Part shown: piece by piece, positions 1 to 9,759 of the stretch | How positions within the stretch are numbered: position 1 is the stretch's first letter | Layout: the number at the start of each line of letters is the position of its first letter | Assembly: GCA_964645535.1 (NCBI GenBank) | Contig: CAZYCQ010000041.1 | Coordinates: 1-30,295, forward strand | DNA length: 30,295 bases | Origin: an uncultured archaeon | Lineage (GTDB): Archaea > Asgardarchaeota > Heimdallarchaeia > Heimdallarchaeales > Kariarchaeaceae | Reading direction: 5' to 3' | Translations under genes and position numbers: made by a program | Notes under the pieces: model-generated | Database searches by the model: none | What the model was told of the DNA's origin: nothing | Seen by the model: only the letters and a program-made list of their open reading frames with translations

Positions 1-63
1 CATTATGTATCATGTATTTATTTTTCGGGATGTTCTTTTGGATCCATATATGGTCTGGATTTC

Positions 64-1422
64 TTACCAACTAGCTTTGTTTTTTCTTTTCAGTATAATG
101 ATTGGAGAAAGCCAGAAAATAGGGGAAAATGGTGATGTTTGGGAATCTGTATTGAGGAAAGATGGGGTTGTTTGACTTTTTTCTGGAATGGGGTCGGATG
201 TATCATTGATTATAGAAGGAACAGAATGTGGGAAGAAAAATCTCAACATGTCATCAAGAGTGTGTCTCCATAATCCCCAAGAATGACCTTCATGATAATA
301 GGTGACATTATATTTCCAATTCTTCTCTTCAATGATTCCTGTAATGGTCTGTGTATCACGATAAACTGTTTGCTCATAAGTTCCTGCAGTGAGCCACATC
401 TTCAAATCTAGGTCACCAGAAGCATTTCTGTACTGGTCGATTATATTGCATCCAATTCTTCCCAAAGAGGAGGATCCATCCCAGAATGCTCCTGAATGTA
501 TACCTATATTTCCAAAAGTTTCACTTCTCTGCAGACCTACGAAGGCAGAAATCTGACCTCCCAAGGAATCTCCGAGATGCAATCTTTGTTCACGTTCTTG
601 AATGGTGGAATACCTAAAATCTATAAACTTCACTAATTCATCGAGATAATTGATGTAATCCATCGTACTGCAATTATACCATTCATGACGTTGGTTCCAT
701 GGATCCACAAAAATTCCTATGATTGGTTCTATTTCTTGATCGGCAATGATGTTGTCAATAATTGTGGCTGCATAGGCCAAAGAGAGATATTCATTCCCAT
801 CTGTGAAATAGACTGTTGGGTAGCTTTTGGTTTCATTGTAGTTTGGTGGCAGATAGACCGTTACGCTTGGATTTGGACCTGAAAAATTGGTATCGACAAA
901 GTTCAGTGTTCCATGAGGGATATCTTTCCGATAAATAATCTCAGTTGGTTGTTCAAAAGCAGGCATAGCCAATTCAGAATTGTCACCAAATCCGCCTGGA
1001 ACTCGATTTGGATTTCTTGGATCCAATATCCAATTGCCATCAATGATGAATTTGTAATCCAATCGCGCAGTTGGTTCGGCATTTAATGGGAAGTAGAAGA
1101 AATTGTATGTTCCGAGTCTTTCCATGTCTGTAGGTTGCCACTCATTGAAATCTCCTGCGATTTTTGCTGAACCTATGAAAATAGATTCTGAATAATACAC
1201 AAAAACTGCATGAGTATCATTGACAATTGCAGGGAATCCCCTTTCTGCCTGCCAAACAATATAGTCTTGGATCAACTGCTCCTGTTCCTCTTGGGGTGCA
1301 TTTTGGAACTGATTAAGGAAATCATAAAAATTTTCGAAAGTATTGGATTGTCCATGAACAGGAACAACAACTAGTATGATGAGAAATAGAATTGACCACG
1401 CCATAATTGAGTTTTTACTCAT
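64..1422 (-). CDS. Secreted/cell-surface alpha/beta-hydrolase (enterochelin-esterase-like putative esterase) with an N-terminal CBM48/AMPK-beta-like domain and a C-terminal sorting tail
   Basis: Signal peptide (MSKNSIMAWSILFLIILVVVPVHG). CBM48-like segment IAGDFNEW...DYKFIIDGNWILDPRNP. VYLPPNY...YPTVYFTDG, nucleophile elbow GDSLGG and catalytic His in EGHSW. S/T/P linker, hydrophobic stretch and basic tail (PIFWLSPIIILKRKNK). Confidence 0.8.
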   Translation of the reverse strand: MSKNSIMAWSILFLIILVVVPVHGQSNTFENFYDFLNQFQNAPQEEQEQLIQDYIVWQAERGFPAIVNDTHAVFVYYSESIFIGSAKIAGDFNEWQPTDMERLGTYNFFYFPLNAEPTARLDYKFIIDGNWILDPRNPNRVPGGFGDNSELAMPAFEQPTEIIYRKDIPHGTLNFVDTNFSGPNPSVTVYLPPNYNETKSYPTVYFTDGNEYLSLAYAATIIDNIIADQEIEPIIGIFVDPWNQRHEWYNCSTMDYINYLDELVKFIDFRYSTIQEREQRLHLGDSLGGQISAFVGLQRSETFGNIGIHSGAFWDGSSSLGRIGCNIIDQYRNASGDLDLKMWLTAGTYEQTVYRDTQTITGIIEEKNWKYNVTYYHEGHSWGLWRHTLDDMLRFFFPHSVPSIINDTSDPIPEKSQTTPSFLNTDSQTSPFSPIFWLSPIIILKRKNKASW

Positions 1423-1587
1423 GATCTGGTTGGCTCGTTTTGTTTTGTAAAATTTTTTCCGGTTGCAGGTAATATTGCATCAATTCCAGATTTATCTGTT
1501 GGTTTATGGATTGTTTTGCGTTCTTCTTTCCGTAAGGTGTGAAGTTTAAAAGGTGATTGGATCGAAAATACAAATGGTGTAGATTGT

Positions 1588-3543
1588 ATGAGGAAGCTTT
1601 TGTGGAAACCCAGCGATGAACGGATTAAAAACGCCAATATAACCAAATTCATTGAATTTGTCAATGAACGGTATGGTCTTTCCATCAAAGATTATGCAGA
1701 CCTTCACAAATGGTCTGTTACCCAAATCGAGGATTTTTGGGCAGCGGTTTGGGATTTTGCTGGAATCATTCATTCCAAACCTTATGAGAAAGTGGTCATC
1801 AATCTCCATGAGTTCCCTCCAAAGACTCAATGGTTTGTTGGGGCAGAATTGAATTTTGCAGAAAACCTGTTGAAATACAATGATGATCATGATGCCTTCT
1901 TATTCAAAAGGGAGGATAGTCCTGTTCGTCATATGACCTTTGAAGAACTTCATGAAGAAGTCAGGAAGGTTCATTTGGCTCTGAAGGAACTTGACATACA
2001 GCCCGGAGATCGAGTGGTTGCTTTCATGCCGAATACGATTGAAACTGTTGTGGCAATGCTTGCTGCTACTTCTTTAGGTGCTGTATGGGCATCATGTGGT
2101 GCAGAACTTGGGGCTGATGCGGCTTTAGATCGGTTGGGTCAAGTTGAACCCCGAGTTCTTTTCACAGCGGACGCATATCTGTATAAGGGGAAGAAATTTG
2201 ATTTGCTTGGTAAGGCCAAGACCGTTGCAGAAGGGACTCCCTCAATTGAAAAAGTAGTTGTCTTGCCATATGTCGAAAAAAGTGTCGACTTGGATTCGGA
2301 CAAATATATTGAATGGGATTCTTTTGCACCGTCAAGGGAAGGACAAATGGAATTCAGGCAATTGCCATTCAGTCATCCTTTGTTCATCATGTTTTCGTCA
2401 GGAACTACTGGCAAACCCAAATGTATGGTGCAGAGTGCCGGGGGAGTTTTGATCAATCATTTGAAAGAGTTGATCCTCCATACAGATTTGAAACGGACGG
2501 ATAAGATATTCTATATTACATCTCCTTCATGGATGATGTGGAATTGGGTCGTTTCATCATTGGCGGTTGGGGCAACAGTTGCTCTTTTTGACGGCAATCC
2601 GATGTATCCGACTTGGAAAACTGTTTTTGAATATATCCAGGATGAGAAAATCACTATTTTTGGATGTAGTGCAAGTTATATTCATGCCTTGATCAAACTT
2701 GGGGCAAAACCTGGCAAGGAGTTTGATTTATCTTCTCTTCGTGAGATCTCTCAAACAGGTTCTGCCTTGTCTGAAGAAGGTTTTGAATTCGTCTATTCCG
2801 AAATAAAGGAAGATCTTCATTTCAACTCGATTTCGGGAGGAACGGATATCAATGGCTGCTTTGCCGCAGGTAGTCCCACTTTGCCGGTCTATCAGGGAGA
2901 ATTGCAGGCTCTTGCATTGGGAATGAATGTGAAAGCCTACGACTATGACATGAATCCTATCTATGATGAACAGGGTGAGTTAGTCTGTGAAACTCCTGCT
3001 CCTTCCATGCCAATCTACTTCTGGAATGACCCTGACAATGAAAAGTACAGGAAGGCCTATTTTGATTTCTTCAAGGATAGAAAGGTTTGGAGGCATGGAG
3101 ATTATGTGCTTATCCACAAGGATACCGGGGGCATTACATTCTACGGCAGATCTGATGCGGTTCTCAAACCTTCCGGTGTAAGGATAGGAACCGCTGAAAT
3201 TTACAATATTGTTGAGGAGATGCCTGAAATCGTTGACAGCCTAGCGATTGGGCACAATGTCGAAGGAGATCAGGAAGTGATTCTGTTTGTCCAATTGGCG
3301 GAAGGTGTTGAACTGACTGATGAATTGAAGAATAAGATAAAAGAAAATTTAAGGAACAGGGCATCACCTCGCCATGTTCCTGCTCGAATTGTGGCAACCC
3401 CTGATATTCCCTATACATTCAGTGGCAAGAAAGTTGAATCTGCGGTGACCAATATAATCAATGGTAGACCGGTAACTAACAGAGGTGCCCTTCGCAATCC
3501 GGAATCATTGGATTTCTATGAGGAATTTGCCAAGACCCTATGA
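1588..3543 (+). CDS. acsA: Acetoacetate--CoA ligase (acetoacetyl-CoA synthetase, AMP-forming)
   Basis: LWKPS N-terminus, LNFAENLL, AMP-binding motif IMFSSGTTGKPK, SPSWMMWNW, SISGGTD, WRHGD, GRSDAVLKPSGVRIGTAEIY, ASPRHVP, SGKKVE, NPESL. Confidence 0.92.
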   Translation: MRKLLWKPSDERIKNANITKFIEFVNERYGLSIKDYADLHKWSVTQIEDFWAAVWDFAGIIHSKPYEKVVINLHEFPPKTQWFVGAELNFAENLLKYNDDHDAFLFKREDSPVRHMTFEELHEEVRKVHLALKELDIQPGDRVVAFMPNTIETVVAMLAATSLGAVWASCGAELGADAALDRLGQVEPRVLFTADAYLYKGKKFDLLGKAKTVAEGTPSIEKVVVLPYVEKSVDLDSDKYIEWDSFAPSREGQMEFRQLPFSHPLFIMFSSGTTGKPKCMVQSAGGVLINHLKELILHTDLKRTDKIFYITSPSWMMWNWVVSSLAVGATVALFDGNPMYPTWKTVFEYIQDEKITIFGCSASYIHALIKLGAKPGKEFDLSSLREISQTGSALSEEGFEFVYSEIKEDLHFNSISGGTDINGCFAAGSPTLPVYQGELQALALGMNVKAYDYDMNPIYDEQGELVCETPAPSMPIYFWNDPDNEKYRKAYFDFFKDRKVWRHGDYVLIHKDTGGITFYGRSDAVLKPSGVRIGTAEIYNIVEEMPEIVDSLAIGHNVEGDQEVILFVQLAEGVELTDELKNKIKENLRNRASPRHVPARIVATPDIPYTFSGKKVESAVTNIINGRPVTNRGALRNPESLDFYEEFAKTL

Positions 3544-6500
3544 ATACTTGAAGGTAATAGGGATTTTGTTGCCATTGATATCCACGGTTAATTTCTTTTC
3601 ATTGGTGCACATATTGACGAACTGACGGATTCTTGCAGAATTTTCCAATGCAACTCGTTTTCGCGGGAGGTATTCGAGAAAATTGGATGACGCTACAAGA
3701 ATGATTTTTCCTTTTGCTCTTGAAGTGAGTACATTGAATCTATTCAGTTCATAAATGAATTCCTCCTCCTTTTCTAGTTGGAGACGAGAGGAAATGCCGA
3801 TTGTACCAATAATAAGATCCCGGTCTGAACCTTGGAACTTTTCTACTGAAAAGGTGGTATTGCGAAGTTGGTCCATGAGCCTCTTGGCATCCAATTGTGA
3901 TATAGTGTTTATTCGGTTGAAGATATTTCTGATGATGAACCTTCCTTGAGCATTGTGTGGTGCAACAATTCCGATTTGATTCGACCAAAACTCAATTTCC
4001 TCTTCAGGCGTTTGGGGAGAGATCATTTGATAGTATTCTTCTACCAAGGCAGTTGTCACAAAGGCTTCATTGGGAGACAATGCCGTATCAAATTGTGACT
4101 CATGTATTATTGTGCACAGAATTTTTTTAGGATCCAAGATTTCTCTCAGGTTTGGATCTTTTACTTGCTGTATATCTCCCTTGATCTGATAGTTTTTGCA
4201 AAGGGGAGCCGCAGTCAAGTCTGAATAGATTTCTAATGATTGGGTATAGGAGACTATTTTTTGATTCGAACGATAATTGACACTTAATTGAACTGGCGTT
4301 AAATTTTGAACTTCTACATAATAGGAGAAGACACTTCCCAAAATAGGTGCAAGTTTCTTTGGAGGGGATAGGGGCTGGACAGGCGGAAGCTGAAAATGAT
4401 CTCCTACCAAAATTACCTTGGTCAAGTCATTGAAGTCTGCATCAATTTTCACTTTAAGATTATCTGGATTCAACAGGTCTCCCTTCTCTGATATCTCGCT
4501 TTCGACTTGGATGATGGCTGTTGCAGATCTAAGGAAAAGGAGGACACTAAGAAATTGATCCAATGGCATTTGTGAAGCTTCATCACAGATAATGTAGTCA
4601 AACGCGAAATCTTCATCAAAAACTCGTTTACCGTCAATTGGCTGAGAGAGATTGACCAATTGCTGTGGATTTGCGAATACAATGAATGAATCGGGTAATT
4701 TATCTGTCAGTCTCCTTTCTCTTGTTACTACTCGGGATTGACCATTCAATTTCCAAGTTTTGTTTTCTTTGACAAAATCCTCTGCTCCTTCAGCAGGCTC
4801 CTTGGATGCAGATCGTACAAAAACCTTGGTGATTTTCGAGGCCAAGGCATTTTCCCCATTCATTTCTTTGGACTTGTTGAGCTTTTCAAGAACCACATGC
4901 ATTGCTTGGTAGGAGAATGAGGTCACCAAAATCTTTACTGGTTTATCTGTTGTCGAGAGGATTTCGTTGACCAAATTTGCGATCGTTTGTGATTTTCCTG
5001 TTCCTGGAGGACCTTGAATGAGTGAAATGACGGAATTCATTGAGTTCAATATGGCTTTTTCCTGTGAAGAATCTGGTTTTGGAGCAAGAGGTCTTGTCAA
5101 TGATGTTTGTGGTTGAGTTGGTTTGAGTTTCAGCAGTTCCGAAGGTCGAAAGACATAAAGCTCAGCTACATCAATTTCTGGGCTTGGTGGTTGCTTTAAT
5201 GATTTGAGATTAAGTTGAAGTTGCCAATCAATAAGCTGACCTAGCCAAGAAGATCCAATATGTCTCTGTTCAAGCACAAATTTCAGTTTCTTTGACCAGA
5301 AATCACCTCCTAATGGATACAGAAACCATTGGGTCTCGGATGAGGGGACAAAGTCATCTATTGGCTTATCTAGGTCAAATTGGACAGCATCAGTCGTAAT
5401 GGTGAAGGAATTGTTCTCATCATTCCATTCCATGCTTACAATCCTTATTGTTCTGAATTTCATAAGCGGGTGATCCCTAAGTTCATTTGGACAAACTAGA
5501 GCCATGTCTCCGACAGAAAATTTCGCATTTGATGACAATCCTTCCATTTCAAACTGATATGTGTATTTCACTCCCCCTCTAGGGCCTTCGATGACTGTTT
5601 TCCTGATTTTGGAAATCTTTGCTGCTCTGAGTTTGGCAATTGAGAATTCTGGGAAAATATGCTTGAAGAAATCCGCTTCCAATTCTTGAATGGCTCCTGT
5701 CAGTTTGGAAAACATCAGCCAAACCCTTGCAAGATTATGAAATTCTTCAGGAACGAAATCCTTGCGAAGAGCCAGATTTTTTACGGGTTTGGATTGAAAT
5801 GAGATCAGACGGTTTTGATTCTGCTGGAATTGTACCCTCAATCTATCCAAAATTCGAACCTTCTTTCTAATCTGTTCGTGCATTTTTTGCAACAGATGTA
5901 TTTTCTTGTTGATGTCTGTTTCTTCAATAAGAAGGTGCCACATGTTGAATTCCATGTAATTGAAATGTTCCCGCCAATACTTTCGATCGATCTTGAAATA
6001 TTCCAAATACAATTTGGCAATTCCATGCCACGTATAGTTCAAAACCAATGGAAATCCCATTAGTGTTTCTGCAAACAGTCTGAGATCATATACTTTCTTG
6101 AATTGAAGGTTGTTCTTGACTTGGCTTTCTTTTGGAGTCAGCCAAGAGGTTATTTTTTGTAGATGTTCCCGGGATTTCTTTTGGAAGAGAAGTGATTTCA
6201 GATGGCGTTCCAATAAACTTTCGATTGAAGAAATTACTTCCCACGACCAATAGTAGGCTGCTGTTGTCGGAGAGGAGATATAGGTTCCTCCTTTATAGGT
6301 CATTTCCACTTGAATGATTTCCTCTAGATACGATGTCAGGCTGATAATCCTTTCAAAAACCTGAATTGCATTTTGGGCAAGGCTCAATTCCTTTGACGGT
6401 TCAAGATTATCCAACACATACGAATATTCAAGTTCAAACTTTTGGGTTCCATTTTCGAAACTTTTGATTTCGGTTTTGATTGTTTCATCTTCAAGAAGAT

Positions 6501-7899
6501 TTGAGAGATGAGTGGCAGCACGGAACAAATTGTGCTTGTTTACTGTTTTTGACCATTGACGGAGTGTGTCAACTCCCTTTTGTACTGTTTGACTATTTGG
6601 TGATGCATCTTCACATTCCAAGATTTCCTGAAGAATGCGCCATGTTTCATTAAGGCATTTTGAATGGGGTCTATTGTTGGAAAAGAAGATGGAGAAGTAA
6701 ATTCCAAAATTATATACAATGTCATTGATCGGATCCAAGTTTGCATCGATGATTATTGAAAAATCGGAAAATTTTGGTATGGCTGCGGTAAATGCTTCCC
6801 CATAAGGTGCAGGCACTCTATTGGTTCTTAATATTGCCTCGGTTTTGATCCTAAGTAGAGGCAATTCTGCATATATGGGTTTGGGAATACTTGTTGGTTC
6901 GATTCTTGGAAGCTGTTCATAAAGCTGTCCTATGGTGTTGATTCCCATTGATTTGAGCTCTTCTGCGGTCGCATGTTCAAGGTAGGGAAGGAGGTCAATG
7001 CTCCAATCTTCTGGTCGTTTTTTGTAGCCCAAGGTTTCTTTACAGTCATCAAGATATCTGCATCTGCCACAAGCAGGTTGGATCCGTAATGGAATCGTTT
7101 CAATGGATGTGGGGATCTGACTGCTGAGTGTTCTTATTTTGGATTGTATTTTTGAATACAGATGCTTCAGATCCTGATATTTGAAACTGACAATATGGTC
7201 TTGGAATTGATCAAAGTTGAAAAATTGAATCCGATCCTTGTTCGGAAAAATTCCATTTTCATTGGCTAGGATAAAGAATTGTTGATCAAGTCCTTCTTGT
7301 TTCAAAAAGGCTTGTAGTGCAGAAATATAGTGGAGTATTTCTATGAAATGCTTTTTGTTGATGGATTCTTCCTGAGTGATTTTAATATCCCAGATACAGA
7401 TTCCAATAGGATTCTCCACATCTGAAGGGATTTCTGAAACCTCTCCTGATGGAAGAATGATTTTTTCAGACCTGTCAATCTTCCTGAATACCATGATGTC
7501 GGGTCTTAACCTATCACTGTATTCCTTTGGTTTGCTTTTAGGGAACAGATTATCCCAAAATTGTTTTGGAACGATGAAACTATGTTCCAACAGAATCAAT
7601 GGTTCTTCAAAACTTGCATTTGCTAAAAAATTTCTGGTCAGCACGGTTTCTTCAATTTCACCATTGGGTTTTTCATTGGCAATCACATTATTCGGCAAAT
7701 TCAGTATGTTTTGATAGATTCTATGCTCAAACAAATTTCCATATCGTAATTTCGAACGTTGTGAATAACGCTTGGAAAGAGTTAATTGGCGGAAGGGCTC
7801 TATCCAGTTCCTGTCCTTTTCTGCCAAATTCAGGAACAGTTGCCTGTCACATTCAAAATCAACCCATTCTACTAGGACTCTTTTGGTGATTTTCCCCAC
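3538..7899 (-). CDS. Fusion of an Fe-S PD-(D/E)xK nuclease (RecB/Cas4/TM0106-like) and a Dna2/Upf1-family SF1 helicase
   Basis: GTG start. Nuclease motifs RPDIMV...IWDIK and EILHY. Cys near the N-terminus (FECDRQ) plus CGRCRYLDDC. Helicase motifs QGPPGTGKS, ICDEASQ, LVGDHFQLPPV, VNYRS, IGIVAPHNAQ, SVEKFQGSDRD, NRFNVLTSRAK. Confidence 0.88.
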   Translation of the reverse strand: MGKITKRVLVEWVDFECDRQLFLNLAEKDRNWIEPFRQLTLSKRYSQRSKLRYGNLFEHRIYQNILNLPNNVIANEKPNGEIEETVLTRNFLANASFEEPLILLEHSFIVPKQFWDNLFPKSKPKEYSDRLRPDIMVFRKIDRSEKIILPSGEVSEIPSDVENPIGICIWDIKITQEESINKKHFIEILHYISALQAFLKQEGLDQQFFILANENGIFPNKDRIQFFNFDQFQDHIVSFKYQDLKHLYSKIQSKIRTLSSQIPTSIETIPLRIQPACGRCRYLDDCKETLGYKKRPEDWSIDLLPYLEHATAEELKSMGINTIGQLYEQLPRIEPTSIPKPIYAELPLLRIKTEAILRTNRVPAPYGEAFTAAIPKFSDFSIIIDANLDPINDIVYNFGIYFSIFFSNNRPHSKCLNETWRILQEILECEDASPNSQTVQKGVDTLRQWSKTVNKHNLFRAATHLSNLLEDETIKTEIKSFENGTQKFELEYSYVLDNLEPSKELSLAQNAIQVFERIISLTSYLEEIIQVEMTYKGGTYISSPTTAAYYWSWEVISSIESLLERHLKSLLFQKKSREHLQKITSWLTPKESQVKNNLQFKKVYDLRLFAETLMGFPLVLNYTWHGIAKLYLEYFKIDRKYWREHFNYMEFNMWHLLIEETDINKKIHLLQKMHEQIRKKVRILDRLRVQFQQNQNRLISFQSKPVKNLALRKDFVPEEFHNLARVWLMFSKLTGAIQELEADFFKHIFPEFSIAKLRAAKISKIRKTVIEGPRGGVKYTYQFEMEGLSSNAKFSVGDMALVCPNELRDHPLMKFRTIRIVSMEWNDENNSFTITTDAVQFDLDKPIDDFVPSSETQWFLYPLGGDFWSKKLKFVLEQRHIGSSWLGQLIDWQLQLNLKSLKQPPSPEIDVAELYVFRPSELLKLKPTQPQTSLTRPLAPKPDSSQEKAILNSMNSVISLIQGPPGTGKSQTIANLVNEILSTTDKPVKILVTSFSYQAMHVVLEKLNKSKEMNGENALASKITKVFVRSASKEPAEGAEDFVKENKTWKLNGQSRVVTRERRLTDKLPDSFIVFANPQQLVNLSQPIDGKRVFDEDFAFDYIICDEASQMPLDQFLSVLLFLRSATAIIQVESEISEKGDLLNPDNLKVKIDADFNDLTKVILVGDHFQLPPVQPLSPPKKLAPILGSVFSYYVEVQNLTPVQLSVNYRSNQKIVSYTQSLEIYSDLTAAPLCKNYQIKGDIQQVKDPNLREILDPKKILCTIIHESQFDTALSPNEAFVTTALVEEYYQMISPQTPEEEIEFWSNQIGIVAPHNAQGRFIIRNIFNRINTISQLDAKRLMDQLRNTTFSVEKFQGSDRDLIIGTIGISSRLQLEKEEEFIYELNRFNVLTSRAKGKIILVASSNFLEYLPRKRVALENSARIRQFVNMCTNEKKLTVDINGNKIPITFKYS

Positions 7900-8004
7900 A
7901 AAGTGAAAAGGATGGATTTCAATCTTAACTTTTTTTTATTCTACGCCAATTTTGTTTTTCTCAAATCGTTGACTACATAAAGGATTTTCATCACAATAGC
8001 ATCA

Positions 8005-8943
8005 GTGACTGACTATATCGAACCACGCCAAGACGTCGTTACCGATTTGTTTTATCGCACCCATAGGCTTTATGTGGGATATGGGGACTACAAAGTCAAG
8101 GTTTGGGATCTGCGGGATCGCATACCGGTTGAAGAATTGACTGGTTTTTGGGAGGTTCGATCAGTTTTTGTCGATGACGATTTCCTCTATGTGGGCTCAC
8201 TCCGAGAAACAATCGATGTGATCGAGTTGAAGAATTTCACCCTTTTCAAGCAGCTCAAACATGATTTGGGAGTGCTTTACCTTCTGTCAGACGAATTCTA
8301 CCTGTTTTCATGTTCTCATGATGGTTCTGTCAAGGTTTTCGATTTGGAGGATTTTTCTGAGGTTACTGCGCTTGAGGGGCATTCGGAAAGAGCGAATTGC
8401 TGTTTTTCATATAGAGGGCTGCTTTATGTGGGCGATGGATTCATGCAAGGAGGAAAAGTAACAGTTTGGGATCTGAAGGATTTCAAGGTGGTTAAGCTAC
8501 TCGAAGGAATTGATTCAAAGAGAATTCACAATATTTATGCCGCAGACAATTATATCTTTGTGGCCCATGGTGGTCCTCCAAGATTGTCAATTTGGGATAT
8601 CAAAACTCATGTCAATATTGGCGAGATTTCATCATTCACAAGGGATGTCATTCGTATTCGTGGCAATTTGACCCATATATTCGCAGCAAGTACACGTGAA
8701 ATCCTGAAGATCAACCGGAAAACCCTTGAAGTTGAAGGTAGGTATGAAGTTGTTGGTTACCCTCTCAGTGCACTTGCTGTGAACGACACTCATGTCTTTT
8801 TCGGCCATGGTACCAAGGTTGAGGCTCTAGTGGCTGAAACTTTAGAAAAAGACTTCGAGATTATCCGAGGAGAGAAAATCTTGGATGAAGAATTTGTCAT
8901 CGACAGTGAAGATCAACCAGTTCCATCAAGGTTCAATTTGTGA
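8005..8943 (+). CDS. WD40-repeat beta-propeller protein
   Basis: Repeats of about 40 aa ending VKVWDL, VKVFDL, VTVWDL, LSIWDI. GH dipeptide in LEGHSERANC and SCSHDGSVKVFD. GTG start. Confidence 0.85.
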   Translation: MTDYIEPRQDVVTDLFYRTHRLYVGYGDYKVKVWDLRDRIPVEELTGFWEVRSVFVDDDFLYVGSLRETIDVIELKNFTLFKQLKHDLGVLYLLSDEFYLFSCSHDGSVKVFDLEDFSEVTALEGHSERANCCFSYRGLLYVGDGFMQGGKVTVWDLKDFKVVKLLEGIDSKRIHNIYAADNYIFVAHGGPPRLSIWDIKTHVNIGEISSFTRDVIRIRGNLTHIFAASTREILKINRKTLEVEGRYEVVGYPLSALAVNDTHVFFGHGTKVEALVAETLEKDFEIIRGEKILDEEFVIDSEDQPVPSRFNL

Positions 8944-9633
8944 TTTCAGATTCAATCCCAAATAAAGTATCCCCAAAATAATCGGAATGAAAAGATTGTC
9001 CATCCCTTTGGGAGAAACCAATTCGATCAATGCAGCGATGACCGAAATTGCTAGAATGATTCCGACTAGATTGAATGAGAAGCTGTATGAAAATCCTAGT
9101 GATAGAATCAACGCGATAGCCGAAAATACTACAAAAGCCACTGTCCCTCCAACTGATTTCGAACCTCCGATAGTCTGATATCTTCTGATGGGTTTTCGTG
9201 TGCCTATGACGGCAGCCATACCATCACCATAGGCAAGTGGAAGAAAGCAGAGTATTATTCCAAAAGGGTCATTCCACAGGAGAATGACCAGCCCAAGCAA
9301 GGATGCGGCATAATAGACTGTTCCAAGGGAATGACCTGCTTCAAAGGTTTTGAGCCTGAGCTTTTCTAATGGGGAATGAGGGCTCATCAGGAAGTTGACG
9401 ACCACATACACTGCGGGGATCACTACCACGATCCACCAACTTTCAAAATATGGCAGAAAGAGGACAACATTGCCTACCAGAATATGGAGGGTTTTTCGTG
9501 CGGTTGCATCAGACATTTTTTCCTTTGCAGTCAGAAGCTCAGTCAAAATCAGCAGAAAAACGACATAGGCATTCAATATTGCAAAAAGAAGAATATCGTT
9601 CATTGTAATTTCCATGATTCTGTGTTGGATCAT
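8926..9633 (-). CDS. Integral membrane CTP-dependent polyprenol/phytol/dolichol or diacylglycerol kinase (SEC59/DGK1/VTE5 family)
   Basis: Multiple TM helices. Motifs RKTLH, YGDGMAAVIG, KSVGG and ELVSPKGMDNL. The start may be one of the downstream Met codons. Confidence 0.82.
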   Translation of the reverse strand: MIQHRIMEITMNDILLFAILNAYVVFLLILTELLTAKEKMSDATARKTLHILVGNVVLFLPYFESWWIVVVIPAVYVVVNFLMSPHSPLEKLRLKTFEAGHSLGTVYYAASLLGLVILLWNDPFGIILCFLPLAYGDGMAAVIGTRKPIRRYQTIGGSKSVGGTVAFVVFSAIALILSLGFSYSFSFNLVGIILAISVIAALIELVSPKGMDNLFIPIILGILYLGLNLKSQIEP

Positions 9634-9726
9634 TTCTACTTATACTTGTTCTCGAAATACAATTCAAAAGTTAGTAATTTTCGTGTTTCAGACAATCATC
9701 TTTGATTTCAGCCAGATACCATATCG

Positions 9727-9733
9727 TTATATA
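9727..9733 (+). promoter_or_regulatory. Putative archaeal TATA box for the MoxR-like ATPase gene (leaderless)
   Basis: TTATATA lies 27-33 nt upstream of the ATG at 9760, and no SD motif is evident. Confidence 0.5.
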
Positions 9734-9759
9734 GGATTGTATCTTGAATCTATTATAGA

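Noticed and set aside
3538-7899. Cas4-like motifs as evidence of a CRISPR-Cas locus
   Set aside because: No repeat-spacer array or other cas genes were seen in the window.
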